A stretch of DNA of 63,893 nucleotides, filler included, from Octopus bimaculoides (lineage: Eukaryota): NCBI RefSeq assembly GCF_001194135.2. It is 7 parts of 5 records of this genome, joined end to end, with 100 filler letters (N's around TTAATTAATTAA, not from the genome) between each part and the next. Parts side by side here need not be neighbours in the genome. Positions count along the whole stretch, not along the records: positions 1 to 8,376 come from NC_068982.1; positions 8,477 to 34,616 come from NC_068984.1; 5 more parts are not named here. One strand, written 5' to 3'. Both the position numbers and the translations under genes were made by a program. Position 1 is the first letter of the stretch. Every line of letters starts with the position of its first letter. The notes beneath the pieces are model-generated. The model had not been told where the DNA came from, searched no databases, and saw only the letters and a list, made by a program, of their open reading frames with translations. This document shows positions 1 through 11,446 of the stretch, piece by piece.

Positions 1-63
1 TAGATTAATGTGAAATTGTTTTTATTATAACTGAACATAAAAGCAAACACTAATATGTTTGTT

Positions 64-109
<46 letters not shown>

Positions 110-910
110 TACGTGTGTGCGTCTTTGTGTTTGCACCTGTGCACCCCTTACACACACATCAGCGCTTGACATCTAGGCTGGTTTGTTTGTATCCCCAAAA
201 CGTAGCGGTGTGGAGGTTCGGCATAACAGTTCGATAAAAAGAGTGCCAGACTTAAAAAACAAAAAACAGAATCAAAACAAAATAAAGACACAAGTGGGGG
301 GGCCGACTTGTTCGACTAAAACCTTACAATACAGTTTTCGAGTGAATAAATGATAACCTCTATACAGCCTGTGTATATGCGAACATGTTTAGGGCAAAAA
401 ACTGTTTAGGGCTCGACCAGATAAAATAATTGCAGTCACAACACGTCCGAAACGCAATTTGTCAGAAATATTCAACAAACGTTTCAAAAGCAAACATAAA
501 ACGAAGAAATTTATCCTTCATTAAAATAACTGAAAAAAAGAAAACTTACACAAAACGAAACTTACACAAAACGAAACACATACACAAAACGAAACAAATA
601 CGAAACAAATAGAGAAATAAATAATAACACTAAAACGTAAAAGAGAGAAGTGAAATTTCTAAGCAATTAGCAATGACTTATTTCTTTCTTGTAGGTTAGA
701 TTTACTTCTATTTCTTTGATTTTTCTCTACGGCTTTAGGTTTTGTGTCTTATTTACTTTTGTTTGCTCTTTTCACAACAATGATTGACTTCACTAATCTT
801 GAATTACCAATTTACTACAGAATCAGGCCATAACTTTTGATAGGTGAAGCAAAACTAACACGATACTTCTTTTTTCATTCTGTACACAAACACACGCGCT
901 CGCACGCACG

Positions 911-997
<87 letters not shown>

Positions 998-1099
998 TAT
1001 GTAGGTATATGCATACATGATGCATACAGACATTTATACATACGTATACATACATGTGTACATAGATACATAGATACATACATACATACATATATATAT

Positions 1100-1148
<49 letters not shown>

Positions 1149-1461
1149 NNNNNNNNNNNNNNNNNNNNNNNNNNNNNNNNNNNNNNNNNNNNNNNNNNNN
1201 NNNNNNNNNNNNNNNNNNNNNNNNNNNNNNNNNNNNNNNNNNNNNNNNNNNNNNNNNNNNNNNNNNNNNNNNNNNNNNNNNNNNNNNNNNNNNNNNNNNN
1301 NNNNNNNNNNNNNNNNNNNNNNNNNNNNNNNNNNNNNNNNNNNNNNNNNNNNNNNNNNNNNNNNNNNNNNNNNNNNNNNNNNNNNNNNNNNNNNNNNNNN
1401 NNNNNNNNNNNNNNNNNNNNNNNNNNNNNNNNNNNNNNNNNNNNNNNNNNNNNNNNATATA

Positions 1462-1494
<33 letters not shown>

Positions 1495-2031
1495 TTATAT
1501 GCAAACACGTACATATATAACAAATTTCAGTGAATTTGCTTTTCTATATCTAATTGTTGTTGACGTAATTTGTTTTTATTATTTTATCGGCATGGATTCA
1601 ACAGCTCCTACCACTGCTGCCGCTGCTCCCCCCTCTCTCTCTCTCGCCTACAGCTATTGCTGTTGTAGTTATATCAACATAGCTCTGTGAGGGTGGATGT
1701 ATGTATTACCTATTTTGTGCAAATGATCAGAAAAACAGAATTTCTAGTAAGAAAATTAATTTCTGTTACTATGCGAGAAATTGGAGGTGATGTGTATATA
1801 GTGGTGAACATATCATTATATAAACATGAGTGATACTTATTTTATCAACGATTTTAGGGTGTAAAAGATAGGTTGATATTACCGGGAAATGAACTCAGAT
1901 TGCAAAAGGATCATAAGTAAACGCAGCAAAATATTTTATGGGTCGCTATCTTGATTCTAGTATTCCAACATTCTCAGATATATTGCTTACAGCAATGTAA
2001 ATTACTAAACAGGTTAATTTATATTTCTATA

Positions 2032-2543
2032 CAGGGTGTCCATAATTAACTATCTTTCAATGAAATCAGGCAAATTTAAAAAAAACAAAAATGGCCGAAT
2101 TTTATTTTTAGTACTTAATTGTGATACCAAAAGAAATAGATTTACGTCAGAACTTTATTGAAAATTTTCAACATGTGTTGCATCTATATCCTGGCTAATT
2201 TCAATTCTATCCTTTAGTGTTGCGAAACACGTTTTGAAGCATTTCAGGAGTTCCTGCACTGCTAACTGAATGCGTTTTTTAAGTTCAGCTAAACTATTGC
2301 TCACTCTTGGGGATGAAAGTAGAGTAAATGATTGCAACCAAATTGGAAACAAGCTGTCGTGGACAGATGAGTGGAATCTTACAGTAATGAAAATAAAATT
2401 ATAACAAGAATTATAAAAATTATAAAATTATAAACAAAATTAAAATTTATACACATATTAATATGATAAACATAAATAATAGTGAGGTTTTAAAAGAATT
2501 CTCCGATTTCACTGAAATCGATAGTTAATTCTGGGACACAATG
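2032..2543 (-). mobile_element. Tc1/mariner deletion derivative with both TIRs and a transposase C-terminal remnant
   Basis: TA|CAGGGTGTCCATAATTAACTAT at 2032 and an imperfect inverted copy ATAGTTAATTCTGGGACACAATG|TA ending at 2543. The minus ORF 2155-2352 ends SLAELKKRIQLAV...DATHVENFQ, resembling the ELK.RI...G.HVE C-terminus of Tc1/maT transposases. Confidence 0.7.
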
Positions 2544-3618
2544 TATAAGTACAAAATATTGTATAAATGACCAAGTGTACGAGGTGGCCGGTACGTTCAC
2601 TGTGAAAATTGAAAGTACTTAGAACATACTTCACTGGTTTTTATACAATGAATATAGAATAAAGGATTTGTTCAGAGTTGTTTTATATGACCAAGGCGGA
2701 AAGTTTAGTTTCCTTATATTGTACTCTTACTGTTTAATTTCTCCTTACTACAAACCTATTATATTGTGACACGTTGTTTGATAAAAATACAAATAAAAAG
2801 CTAACACTAAACATGCAAGTTTATAGTATCCCTTTAAGCTTTCTTTGTTCAGAAAAGATTTTCTTTGGTTTTATTACGCTTTTATGCACCAGTATAAAAT
2901 GTATAAGATAAATACTTTCGCTCCCCCCAAAGTAACAAATCCTCGCCTCTCCAACAAAAACTATCAACGTTTAAGAATTTTGAAACAGAAATAAGTAGGT
3001 TGCGTGTATAACAGTGACACAATACCAGTAATAATTGGGGGTTCAAAGTAGAACATTGAAAAGAAATCAATAGAAATCATACGAGGGCTCACAATTCGAC
3101 GCACAGGCTTCACTTCCCAAAAGAGCTGTGCTAAGCAACGTGCACGTCTTATGTAAGACAGTTTCAGTCCAACTGCATAACTCAAGCGGTCCACTTTTTG
3201 TACCGCTGACACATATCGCATGCATTCAGCAATAAATAAAATAACACAATTCGTACGACATATATTTTATGGAATCACAACTGAGGGGCTTACTACAACC
3301 ATCCAATAAAATAACATGACAAATACGCATATAATCCACGGAACATTTCCTCCGATACTTACATTTCACACAATTGTTTCCCTATAATATAATATAATTC
3401 GCACAACCCAAACAACAGAAACACTACAAGAATTTGGCGGAATGTGAACTCAGAACATAAAGAGCCAGAAGAAATGCTGCTAAGTGCTCTGTCCGGCGAG
3501 CGCTGGTGTGGGCATGTGGTGAGTATGAATGGGAACAGTTGCATAAAGAAGTGCCATCACTCAAAAATACAATATCATGTCGTATCAGCAATTCAACTGG
3601 AGCTAATACTATTGTAGT

Positions 3619-4000
3619 GGAGGTGCAATGGCCCAGTGGTTAGGGTAGCGGACTCGTGGTCGTAGGGTCGCGGTTTCGATTCCCAGACCGGGCGTTGTGA
3701 GTGTTTATTGAGCGAAAACACCTAAAGTTCCGCAAGGCTCCGGCAGGGGATGGTGGTGAACCCTGCTGTACTCTTTCACCACAACTTTCTCTCACTCTTT
3801 CTTCTTGTTTATGTTGTACCTGTGTTTCAAAGGGTCAGCCTTGTCACACTCTGTGTCACGCTGAATATCCCCGAGAACTACGTTAAGGGTACACGTGTCT
3901 GTGGAGTGCTCAGCTACTTGCACGTTAATTTCACGAGCAGGCTGTTCCGTTGATCGGATCAACCGGAACCCTCGTCGTCGTAACCGACGGAGTGCCAACC
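3619..4000 (+). mobile_element. tRNA-derived SINE family A, full-length copy
   Basis: A-box-like TGGCCCAGTGG, B-box-like GGTTTCGATTCC, and a 3' tail ending CTCGTCGTCGTAACCGACGGAGTGCC(AAC). A near-identical inverted copy lies at 32446-32837. Confidence 0.9.
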
Positions 4001-5350
4001 AATACTATGGTAAGCCTATCATGCTAAATTTTAGATGTTGAATATTGTTACTAAACTCGTATAAAAGCACTGATGTAGTCGTGTTTTTCTTGAAATATTT
4101 CATTGTAAACAAGGGTATATGTAAGACTAATAAAAGTTTGAACATTTTACAGAAACTTCTGAAAAATTATGTTTACAATAAATCAAATGTCTGAATTGTC
4201 AATATATTAATTAACGCAACAATTATTGCTAATATTTGTTACAGTCTCTAAAAACGCGTGAGAACTAACAGGTTTAGATAACACTATTAAAATTTGGAAG
4301 ACGGGTCAAAAACAGATTTTCTCTGTCTCTAGCTAGATTGGGGAGTTAGTTTGATAATATGTACGCAAAGTCGCTAGCCCATTGCCAAATCATTTCACTT
4401 TCTCTTTAAGGATGTGCGTGAGTGACATTACAATGGCGTCAGAAGTGTCTAAAAAGAAATAAAATATTGATAAAGACTACCAAGTGTTCGTTAGTTTCTC
4501 CTGTAGTTATTGTTTGGCGTCGGTCTTTAGGTGTTGACATCTCTCCACCCATGATAATCGGATTTTTACTGTGATTTTATTAGTAAATGCTAGTCTCTAG
4601 ACATGCTTAATAGATTCCAATGTAGGTAATGACTTAATGAAATTTACTTCTTACGCCCCTTTCCACCGCGAGCTCAGTCGCTGTGTCCCACTCTGCATTC
4701 AACAGATGGCGCCACTCATTCTCTCAAGAAACTTATTTGTTCAGAATTGTTCTATCAGATCAAGACATAAGGTTTAGTTCTCTTACATTGTACTCTTACT
4801 GTTTAGTTTCTCTTTACTACAAGCCTCTCACATTGTGACATCTTGATTGATAAAAATACGGATGAAAAAGTAACAATAAAACTATAAGTTTATATTATTC
4901 CTTTAAGCTTTCTTCGTTCAGAAAACTCTTTCTCTTTTCTTTATATTATTTATTTTTTTTATTTTTAACAGGCTAAATCTAGTTTACTCTCTTTCTCTAA
5001 ATCTTTTAGCTGATATAGTTACCTCTACTAAGAACAACAACCAGATTTAAATATAATCTTGTTCAATTTTCTATGAATAGTAAATGTCTCCTACTTAGAG
5101 AATTATTTATTCCTTGGTCTCTGTAAACTAGAGAAGTACTTTGTCCCTAACACATACAAGACCTGAGCAAATAATCAAGACGTGTAATTGAATAAACCGA
5201 AACTCAATACAGTCTGAATGCTCTCTCTGATTTGGAAAATCACTTAAAAGCGCTCATATGGCGCCAAGATTTCTTTCGCTTCCTTCTGTGTCGCAGTTGT
5301 ACTTTGACATTAGTGTTCGGATATTTTAATTGGAATTTTTTTTTCTGGAA

Positions 5351-5432
<82 letters not shown>

Positions 5433-5850
5433 ATGTGCATATGTATATATATATATATATGTATNNNNNNNNNNNNNNNNNNNNNNNNNNNNNNNNNNNN
5501 NNNNNNNNNNNNNNNNNNNNNNNNNNNNNNNNNNNNNNNNNNNNNNNNNNNNNNNNNNNNNNNNNNNNNNNNNNNNNNNNNNNNNNNNNNNNNNNNNNNN
5601 NNNNNNNNNNNNNNNNNNNNNNNNNNNNNNNNNNNNNNNNNNNNNNNTATATATATATATATATATGTATATGTATACATCTATATACATGTTATGTATA
5701 AATAATATATATATATATTAAATATGTATTTAATATATATTTGTAAGTGCATATCCGTATACATAAGCGCACGTGAGCACACACAAACTTATAAACACAT
5801 ACACATTCTTACACATACATACTCTTACACAGATACATGTGTGTGTATGC

Positions 5851-5906
<56 letters not shown>

Positions 5907-6289
5907 TCGTTTTATATAAACATACGTATACACACATACACATGTATATATGTTATGCTCCGTAAAATATTGCATTTAGAATAAGGCTCTATGTTAACAA
6001 ATATGTATTTCTGAGAAACCAAGCTAAAAGCGACTGTGTACGGAGTCTCTCGATCTGCTAGAAATAGAAGGTATATATCTCTCAAATTACTCTCTTGATC
6101 TCCTGTATATCGAAAGAAAATGAGATGGACATAACTTTAGGGCAAAATACAAATAATTTCTATTTGACAGTATGTAATTAGAAAACTATAAAATAAGAAA
6201 ATGATGATTTTGGCAGTTTTAAAAGAAAATTCATTTGAAATCATAACAGAGATGACATCAGTTTGCTGCAATATTTGCAAGTGACAATA

Positions 6290-7024
6290 TCTCTGATGGA
6301 CGTGTTGTGTTTAAAAAGACAGAATATATATGAAGGAGATGAAAACCGTCACAGCAGCGGTAAGCGAGAATGTTTGGTGCATTCAGTGACGCAGCCTATT
6401 TTCCCTAAGCCTTTTGAGTGTCTCAATGTACTGCTTGCTCATCTACATTCCAGAAAATCAAAGAGAATGACGCCTTTGTTATACTACAAAACAGTTACCT
6501 CGACTATCTGCGCTGATCGCTGGTTCTTGAATGTCTTAGGCATGGTAAAAGCGGTATGATGCCATTCCATGGACTGAGCCCTTGTTTCAGGCTCATGAGG
6601 TTACGCCTATGTTTCGTCCCCTATTACCAGATCAGAAAGAGACGTATTCTTTGGCTTCAAGAAACATCAAGCAGAGCAGAGCTAATATCCACCACACTCT
6701 CCTTTAAATCAAGTATGAGATGCCGCGGTATCCAATTTGCATATATTTTTCCGATACAAAAGTCTTCTCTCATCGTTTATAATGCATTGTGACCATAGAA
6801 TAGTTGCCCACGTGAATCAGTTCGTTCATTCACTGGTGATTCGTGTAAATGGTCGCAGTTAATGTTCTTTCACTGTGTAGCTTGTCTTTAATGCTGCCTT
6901 TCCGTTGTTTGAATTTCTTCATCCATCTATGCACATTGCTCTTGCCAATGGTATCACTTCCGTAAATAACCTGTAGCATTTTATGGGAATCGAACAGCCT
7001 GCACCCTTTCAACGTCGTGAACAC
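6290..7024 (-). mobile_element. mariner transposase pseudogene fragment
   Basis: Minus-strand translation gives the HTH region VIYGSDTIGKSNVHRWMKKFKQ, then IGDET...PHEPETRAQSMEW and PKTFKNQRSA...KGVILFDFLE, with stops and frameshifts. Confidence 0.85.
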
Positions 7025-7025
7025 A

Positions 7026-7110
7026 ATGACGGCGAACTTTCCTTGCGGTGAATTGATGACGGCGAACTTTCCCGGCGGGGTGTTGATAACGGCGAACTTA
7101 CCGGATATGG
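7026..7110. repeat. Three 30-bp tandem repeats with core ATRACGGCGAACTT
   Basis: Cores start at 7026, 7056 and 7086 (exact 30-bp period) with variable spacers. Confidence 0.9.
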
Positions 7111-7631
7111 TTTGAAAGACCTATACCAATTACTATAAAAACTTTCATGACCCCTTTTGCGTCAGTTTCCGGGCAACCTGTGTATTTGAGATGAAGTAGT
7201 AATCCCTGTTGATATTATTTTACTATTGTTGTTAATGTTACTTCTGCTTCTGTAGTTGTTGTAGTTGTTGTTGTTTCACCTTAGGTCAGAACTGACATCG
7301 AATAGATTTACAATCAATGGCATTTCATCCGTTACTACCCATATATGGTTATTTCTTCTCAAAACATTGTATTTTCATGCTATCTCTACTTGGACACTAA
7401 CAGCCCACTTGCTTATCTACCTCTATCCTCCACGTTATGTGCAACACCTTACGTCCCACAATAACCACAACTCATTGCATTTTCTCCCCAGAACGTCGAC
7501 TCTTCAGGATTTCCTCTCAGTTCATATTATTCCTGCAAGTGTTGCTTGAAACGTTGATAACTTTAATCTCATCAGTTTTTGCGGGAAGCTGCGAAGGCCA
7601 TAAAAACTTTCCCTTCTTCAGGACTCCAAAA

Positions 7632-7870
7632 ATGAAAATATATACTCTCTTTTTATTTGTTTCAGTCATTTGACTGCGGCCATGCTGGAGTACCGCCTTT
7701 AGTCGAGAAAATCGACCCCAGGACTTATTCTTTGTAAGCCTAGTACTTATTCTATCGGTCTCTTTTTGCTGAACCGCTAAGTTACGGGGACGTAAACACA
7801 CCAGCATCGGTTGTCAAGCGATAGTTGGGGGACAAACACAGATACACAAACACACATACATATATATATA
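7632..7870 (-). mobile_element. SINE family B, 3' half
   Basis: Reverse complement of the family tail GGCGGTGCTCCAGCATGGCCGCAGTCAAATGACTGAAACAAATAAAA, ending in a (CA)/(TA) microsatellite. Confidence 0.9.
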
Positions 7871-7898
7871 CATACATACATACATACATATATATATA

Positions 7899-8366
7899 TA
7901 TATTTATATAAAGGGCATTATTACAGAAAAATAATAACGCCACACAGTGGACTTCTCAAAATAACGACATTTAGTACCTAATGCGAGGAAAAAACAACCA
8001 ACAGAAGATGACAAACTTTCTTTTAAATAAACTTAACTGTGTTAAATTAGACCGATTTCGCGATTACTAGAATGAATCTAGATTTCGTTCATCAGCACAG
8101 TATTGTCCCAAAAATATATATAAATAAACAGAATTCTCACCTCACCAAAAACGAACACACTACGTATCCGACAGAGTAAAGGGAATGAAGTTTATCTGTA
8201 TATATCTTCATCAAAGAAGCGGGACACAGTTAAGTTTATTTAAAAGAAAGTTGGTCATCTTCTGTTGGTTATTTTTTCCTCGCATTAGGTACTAAATGTG
8301 GTTATTTTGAGAAGTCCACTGTGTGGCGTTATTATTTTCTCTAATAATGCCCTTTATATAAATATA
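7899..8366. mobile_element. Fold-back element of the AAGGGCATTA family, probably a non-autonomous Penelope-like derivative
   Basis: Inverted arms at 7899-8042 and 8224-8366 (about 143 bp, roughly 5 differences by eye) around a 181-bp spacer, embedded in (TA)n. Confidence 0.8.
8050..8095 (-). ncRNA. Degenerate type-I hammerhead ribozyme-like motif
   Basis: Minus strand reads CTGATGA-ACGAAATCTAGATTCATTCTAGTAATCGC-GAAA-TCG-GTC. It has the core order and a stem II, and differs by one base from the palindromic GAAACCGGUC stem III of Penelope-associated ribozymes. Stem I is weak and the 10.1-11.1 pair is broken. Confidence 0.5.
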
Positions 8367-8420
8367 AACGAATAATNNNNNNNNNNNNNNNNNNNNNNNN
8401 NNNNNNNNNNNNNNNNNNNN

Positions 8421-8432
8421 TTAATTAATTAA
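8421..8432. other. Artificial gap spacer TTAATTAATTAA
   Basis: The identical 12-mer sits in the middle of N runs at 8421, 34661, 47278, 53357, 58142 and 61769. It is palindromic and carries stops in all six frames. Confidence 0.9.
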
Positions 8433-8619
8433 NNNNNNNNNNNNNNNNNNNNNNNNNNNNNNNNNNNNNNNNNNNNAAATGTATACAAACATATTTACAA
8501 AGACACACGTGTGTATGCGTGCGCGCGTGCGTGCGTGCGTGGGGTGGGGGCTCCACAATCGCCATTTATTTCAATTACTCTTCTGAGGATATTCACGTAA
8601 ATCATTTTTATCATTTAAT

Positions 8620-8750
8620 CATCATCATCGTTTAACGTCCGCTTTCCATGCTAGCATGGGTTGGACGATTTGACTGAGGACTGGTGAAACCGGATGGCAA
8701 CACCAGGCTCCAATCTAATTTGGCAGAGTTTCTACAGCTGGATGCCCTTC
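8620..8750 (-). mobile_element. 3' end of a SINE/LINE with an (ATG)n tail
   Basis: Minus strand reads GAAGGGCATCCAGCTGTAGAAAC...GCGGACGTTAAACGATGATGATG, a typical retroposon 3' terminus. Confidence 0.7.
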
Positions 8751-9180
8751 TATGTAGTATATATACTACATAGAAATAAGGATAAAATCATGTTACTGAT
8801 ATCAAGTGGCCACAATGAGATAATACCTTCTGGATAAATTAAATACAAGATTAATGATTATATATATAGATTATATAGTTATATTAAAGAGATCAGGAAA
8901 TGACCTGCTTCAACATGTTATAGGAAGACGTCAAAAGGCACTGTAAGCCACAGTAAACTCCTACAAAAACACGGGTTGTAAGGAAGCAAATGAAAAGAAC
9001 AGAATAAAACTTGACAGTAAATTGTGTATTAGATCCAATTTTGAGATTAAAGCAGTATTAATAGCTTATTTCTCATCTTCAGCACAATATTCATAGAAAC
9101 ATAATCACAAATATTTACACATACCCATACGGAGTAAAATCACACGTCCATGTGCAAATATCCGCTCTTATGCATCATAA

Positions 9181-9842
9181 TAATGTCAAATTTTTACTTC
9201 TTCTTATTTCAGCCGCGTATTTTTTAACCGAAATAGCCTTTTCATGGAACTAGCTTCTTGACTGACCTTAACCAGGAAATTACCTGCAATGGACCGGAAC
9301 GCTATACTCATTTTTTTGGAGCGAATACACGCGTCCTTCACGTTTCTTTATGCGCGAATACAGACATACACACACACACACACTCACACTCACATTCACG
9401 ATTAATCTCGTTTTCATTTCGAGTGTGAGTATCCTCTGATTTGTGCCATTCTCTCTCACGGCTCATGAACTCCCAGCTATTCACCGATATCTACCAACGA
9501 GCGGCATATTCGATTTTTATTACAAATCGATCGATCAGTGACAGTTGTATTTACATGTGAGAATATTTTCGACATTCCTGCTTGGTTACGCATGTCTTTG
9601 AGGTTAGATAGTAAGAAGCTGACTCTAACCATTTCTATGTGTTTTGATACAAGCCGGCAATTTGTGTGTGTGTATGTGTGTGTGTGTGTGTGTATTCGTG
9701 TGTCTGTATTCGTGCATAAAGAAACGTGAAGGACAGGGGGTGATTTCCTGGTTTAGGTCAGTCAAAAAGCTAGTTCAATGCAAAGGCTATTTCGGTTAAA
9801 AAATACGCGGCTGAAATAAGAAGTAAACATTTGACATTTATG
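9181..9842. mobile_element. Fold-back/MITE-like element with arms of about 180-200 bp
   Basis: 9181-9285 pairs with 9740-9842, and 9332-9390 pairs with 9660-9735. The left arm has an extra ~45 bp and the loop is about 270 bp. Confidence 0.75.
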
Positions 9843-9854
9843 GTGTAGTTTAGA

Positions 9855-10079
9855 AAAACAAGTAAGGAGTCGATATCCTCCACCATCATCACTATAGGAA
9901 CTGGAGACTGTTTTAGCTGAAGAATGAATGAAAATTCCTTTGGAAATAATTCAAAAATTTGTACGAGTCCATACCTCGTAGAATTCAAGCTGTAATTACT
10001 GCCAAAGGTGGTCCTACCCCATATTAAAATACATTTGCTTGAAATTTTAAGGTGTTTCTATTATTTTGTCCAACTCCTG
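9855..10079 (+). mobile_element. Tc1 3' end (transposase C-terminus plus TIR)
   Basis: Translates to LYESIPRRIQAVITAKGGPTPY* and ends TATTTTGTCCAACTCCTG|TA. Confidence 0.8.
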
Positions 10080-10081
10080 TA

Positions 10082-10290
10082 CACACACACATACACACAC
10101 ACATACACACACACATACACACACACACACACATATGACTGGCTTCTTTCAGTTTCTGTCAACCAAATCCCCTCGCCATGACCGAGACCATAGTACAAGA
10201 CACTCTTGCCAAAGGTTCTAAGCAGTGGAACTGAACCCGGAACCATATGGTTGGGAAGCAAACAATTTCTTACCACACAACCACACCTGC
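10082..10290 (-). mobile_element. SINE family B, 5' half
   Basis: Reverse complement of the head/core (GGTTCCGGGTTCAGTTCC...GGCAAGAGTG...GAAACTGAAAGAAGCC) followed by a microsatellite. Confidence 0.85.
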
Positions 10291-10319
10291 CCCTATTTTT
10301 AATCGAAAGGATTTATGAA

Positions 10320-10900
10320 GAATCTTTACATCCGAGCTTCGGTTTTGAAAAATTGCATTTGCCTTCCTGTAATTTTTCAAAGAACGTTGAATTCGGAAAT
10401 TGTCACTTCCTCATGGAAACATGATCAGATCAACGGAGAAAGTTCTTTTACTTCTAATATTTTGAACTTGGAAACAACCTTCTCTCAAGAACTTTGATCC
10501 TCGGAATATTTGGAATCTGAGACGTCCAGTTAATATAAAGGATATGCTGAAGACATGTTTAATGGAAATTTAGCGTTATTGCTGATAATCCGTTTTGCTG
10601 ACGTACAGTGGAATGGTTAAAGTGCATTCTTTATATCAAGAAATGTAAGTCACTATTTTTATGCTGCATCTAACTCATGAATATTTTCGAAGTCTTGATA
10701 AGGATCCTGATGATATTTGAGCATGAAAACTGCTTCGATTATACGGTAACCATCTCTGTAAGAGTTCTACAGAGATCCACAAAAGCCCGAGCTATATGTT
10801 GAGGATGAAGGGCTGAACTTAAGGACGGATAAGTATAAGAAGCATGGTCAAATACTATTCAAAATTTAGGCCAAGTCGGAAGTGATCGCTAGTTAGTTGT
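10320..10900 (+). mobile_element. Heavily decayed CR1-clade reverse transcriptase fragment
   Basis: Remnants occur in the expected order across frameshifts: NFSK (DFSKAFD), SQ.T.ILG (PQGS.LG), GYAED (YADD), F.IKKCK and DKD (EKDLG). Confidence 0.4.
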
Positions 10901-11004
10901 AGTGTAGTCACAGTATGTGTTAATGTGTTGCATTCTCTGAGCAAGGATCATCGATACTTCTGCTGAAAATGAAGTTGAGTATATTGTACAAAGTGTAATG
11001 TTTA

Positions 11005-11225
11005 GAATACTTGCTTATTGTTTCACTCATTGGACTGCGGCCATGCTGGATTTAGTCTTGAGGGATTTAGTCGAATAAATCAACCCCAGTACTTTTTAAA
11101 GTTTAGTACCTGTTCTATCGGTCTCTTGAGCCGAACAACTAAGTTAAGGGGACATAAATTACACCAACACTATTATCAGGCGGTGGTTGTGGGGACACAC
11201 AAACACTAACACACACACATACACA
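11005..11225 (-). mobile_element. SINE family B-related 3' half
   Basis: Reverse complement of the tail CCAGCATGGCCGCAGTCCAATGAGTGAAAC plus the body, running into (CA)n. Confidence 0.8.
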
Positions 11226-11244
11226 TCGATAAATACGTACATTA

Positions 11245-11385
11245 TGTAGGAGTGACCGTGTGATAAGTAGCTTGCTTACCAACGGCATGGTTCCGAGTTC
11301 AGTCCTACTGCGTGGCACCTTTAGCAAGTGTCTTCTACTATAGCCTTGGGCCAACCAAATCCTTGTGAGTGGATTTGGTAGACGG

Positions 11386-11446
<61 letters not shown>

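Noticed and set aside
3345-3385. Possible 19-nt microexon on the minus strand with a GTAAGT donor
   Set aside because: There is no convincing polypyrimidine tract, and such a motif is expected by chance in 64 kb.
3619-3690. tRNA-like sequence with A and B boxes
   Set aside because: It is the head of a multi-copy SINE and continues into SINE body, so it is not a tRNA gene.
7026-7110. Repeat-spacer pattern as a CRISPR array
   Set aside because: It has only three units with ~12-nt spacers, in a eukaryotic context with no cas genes.
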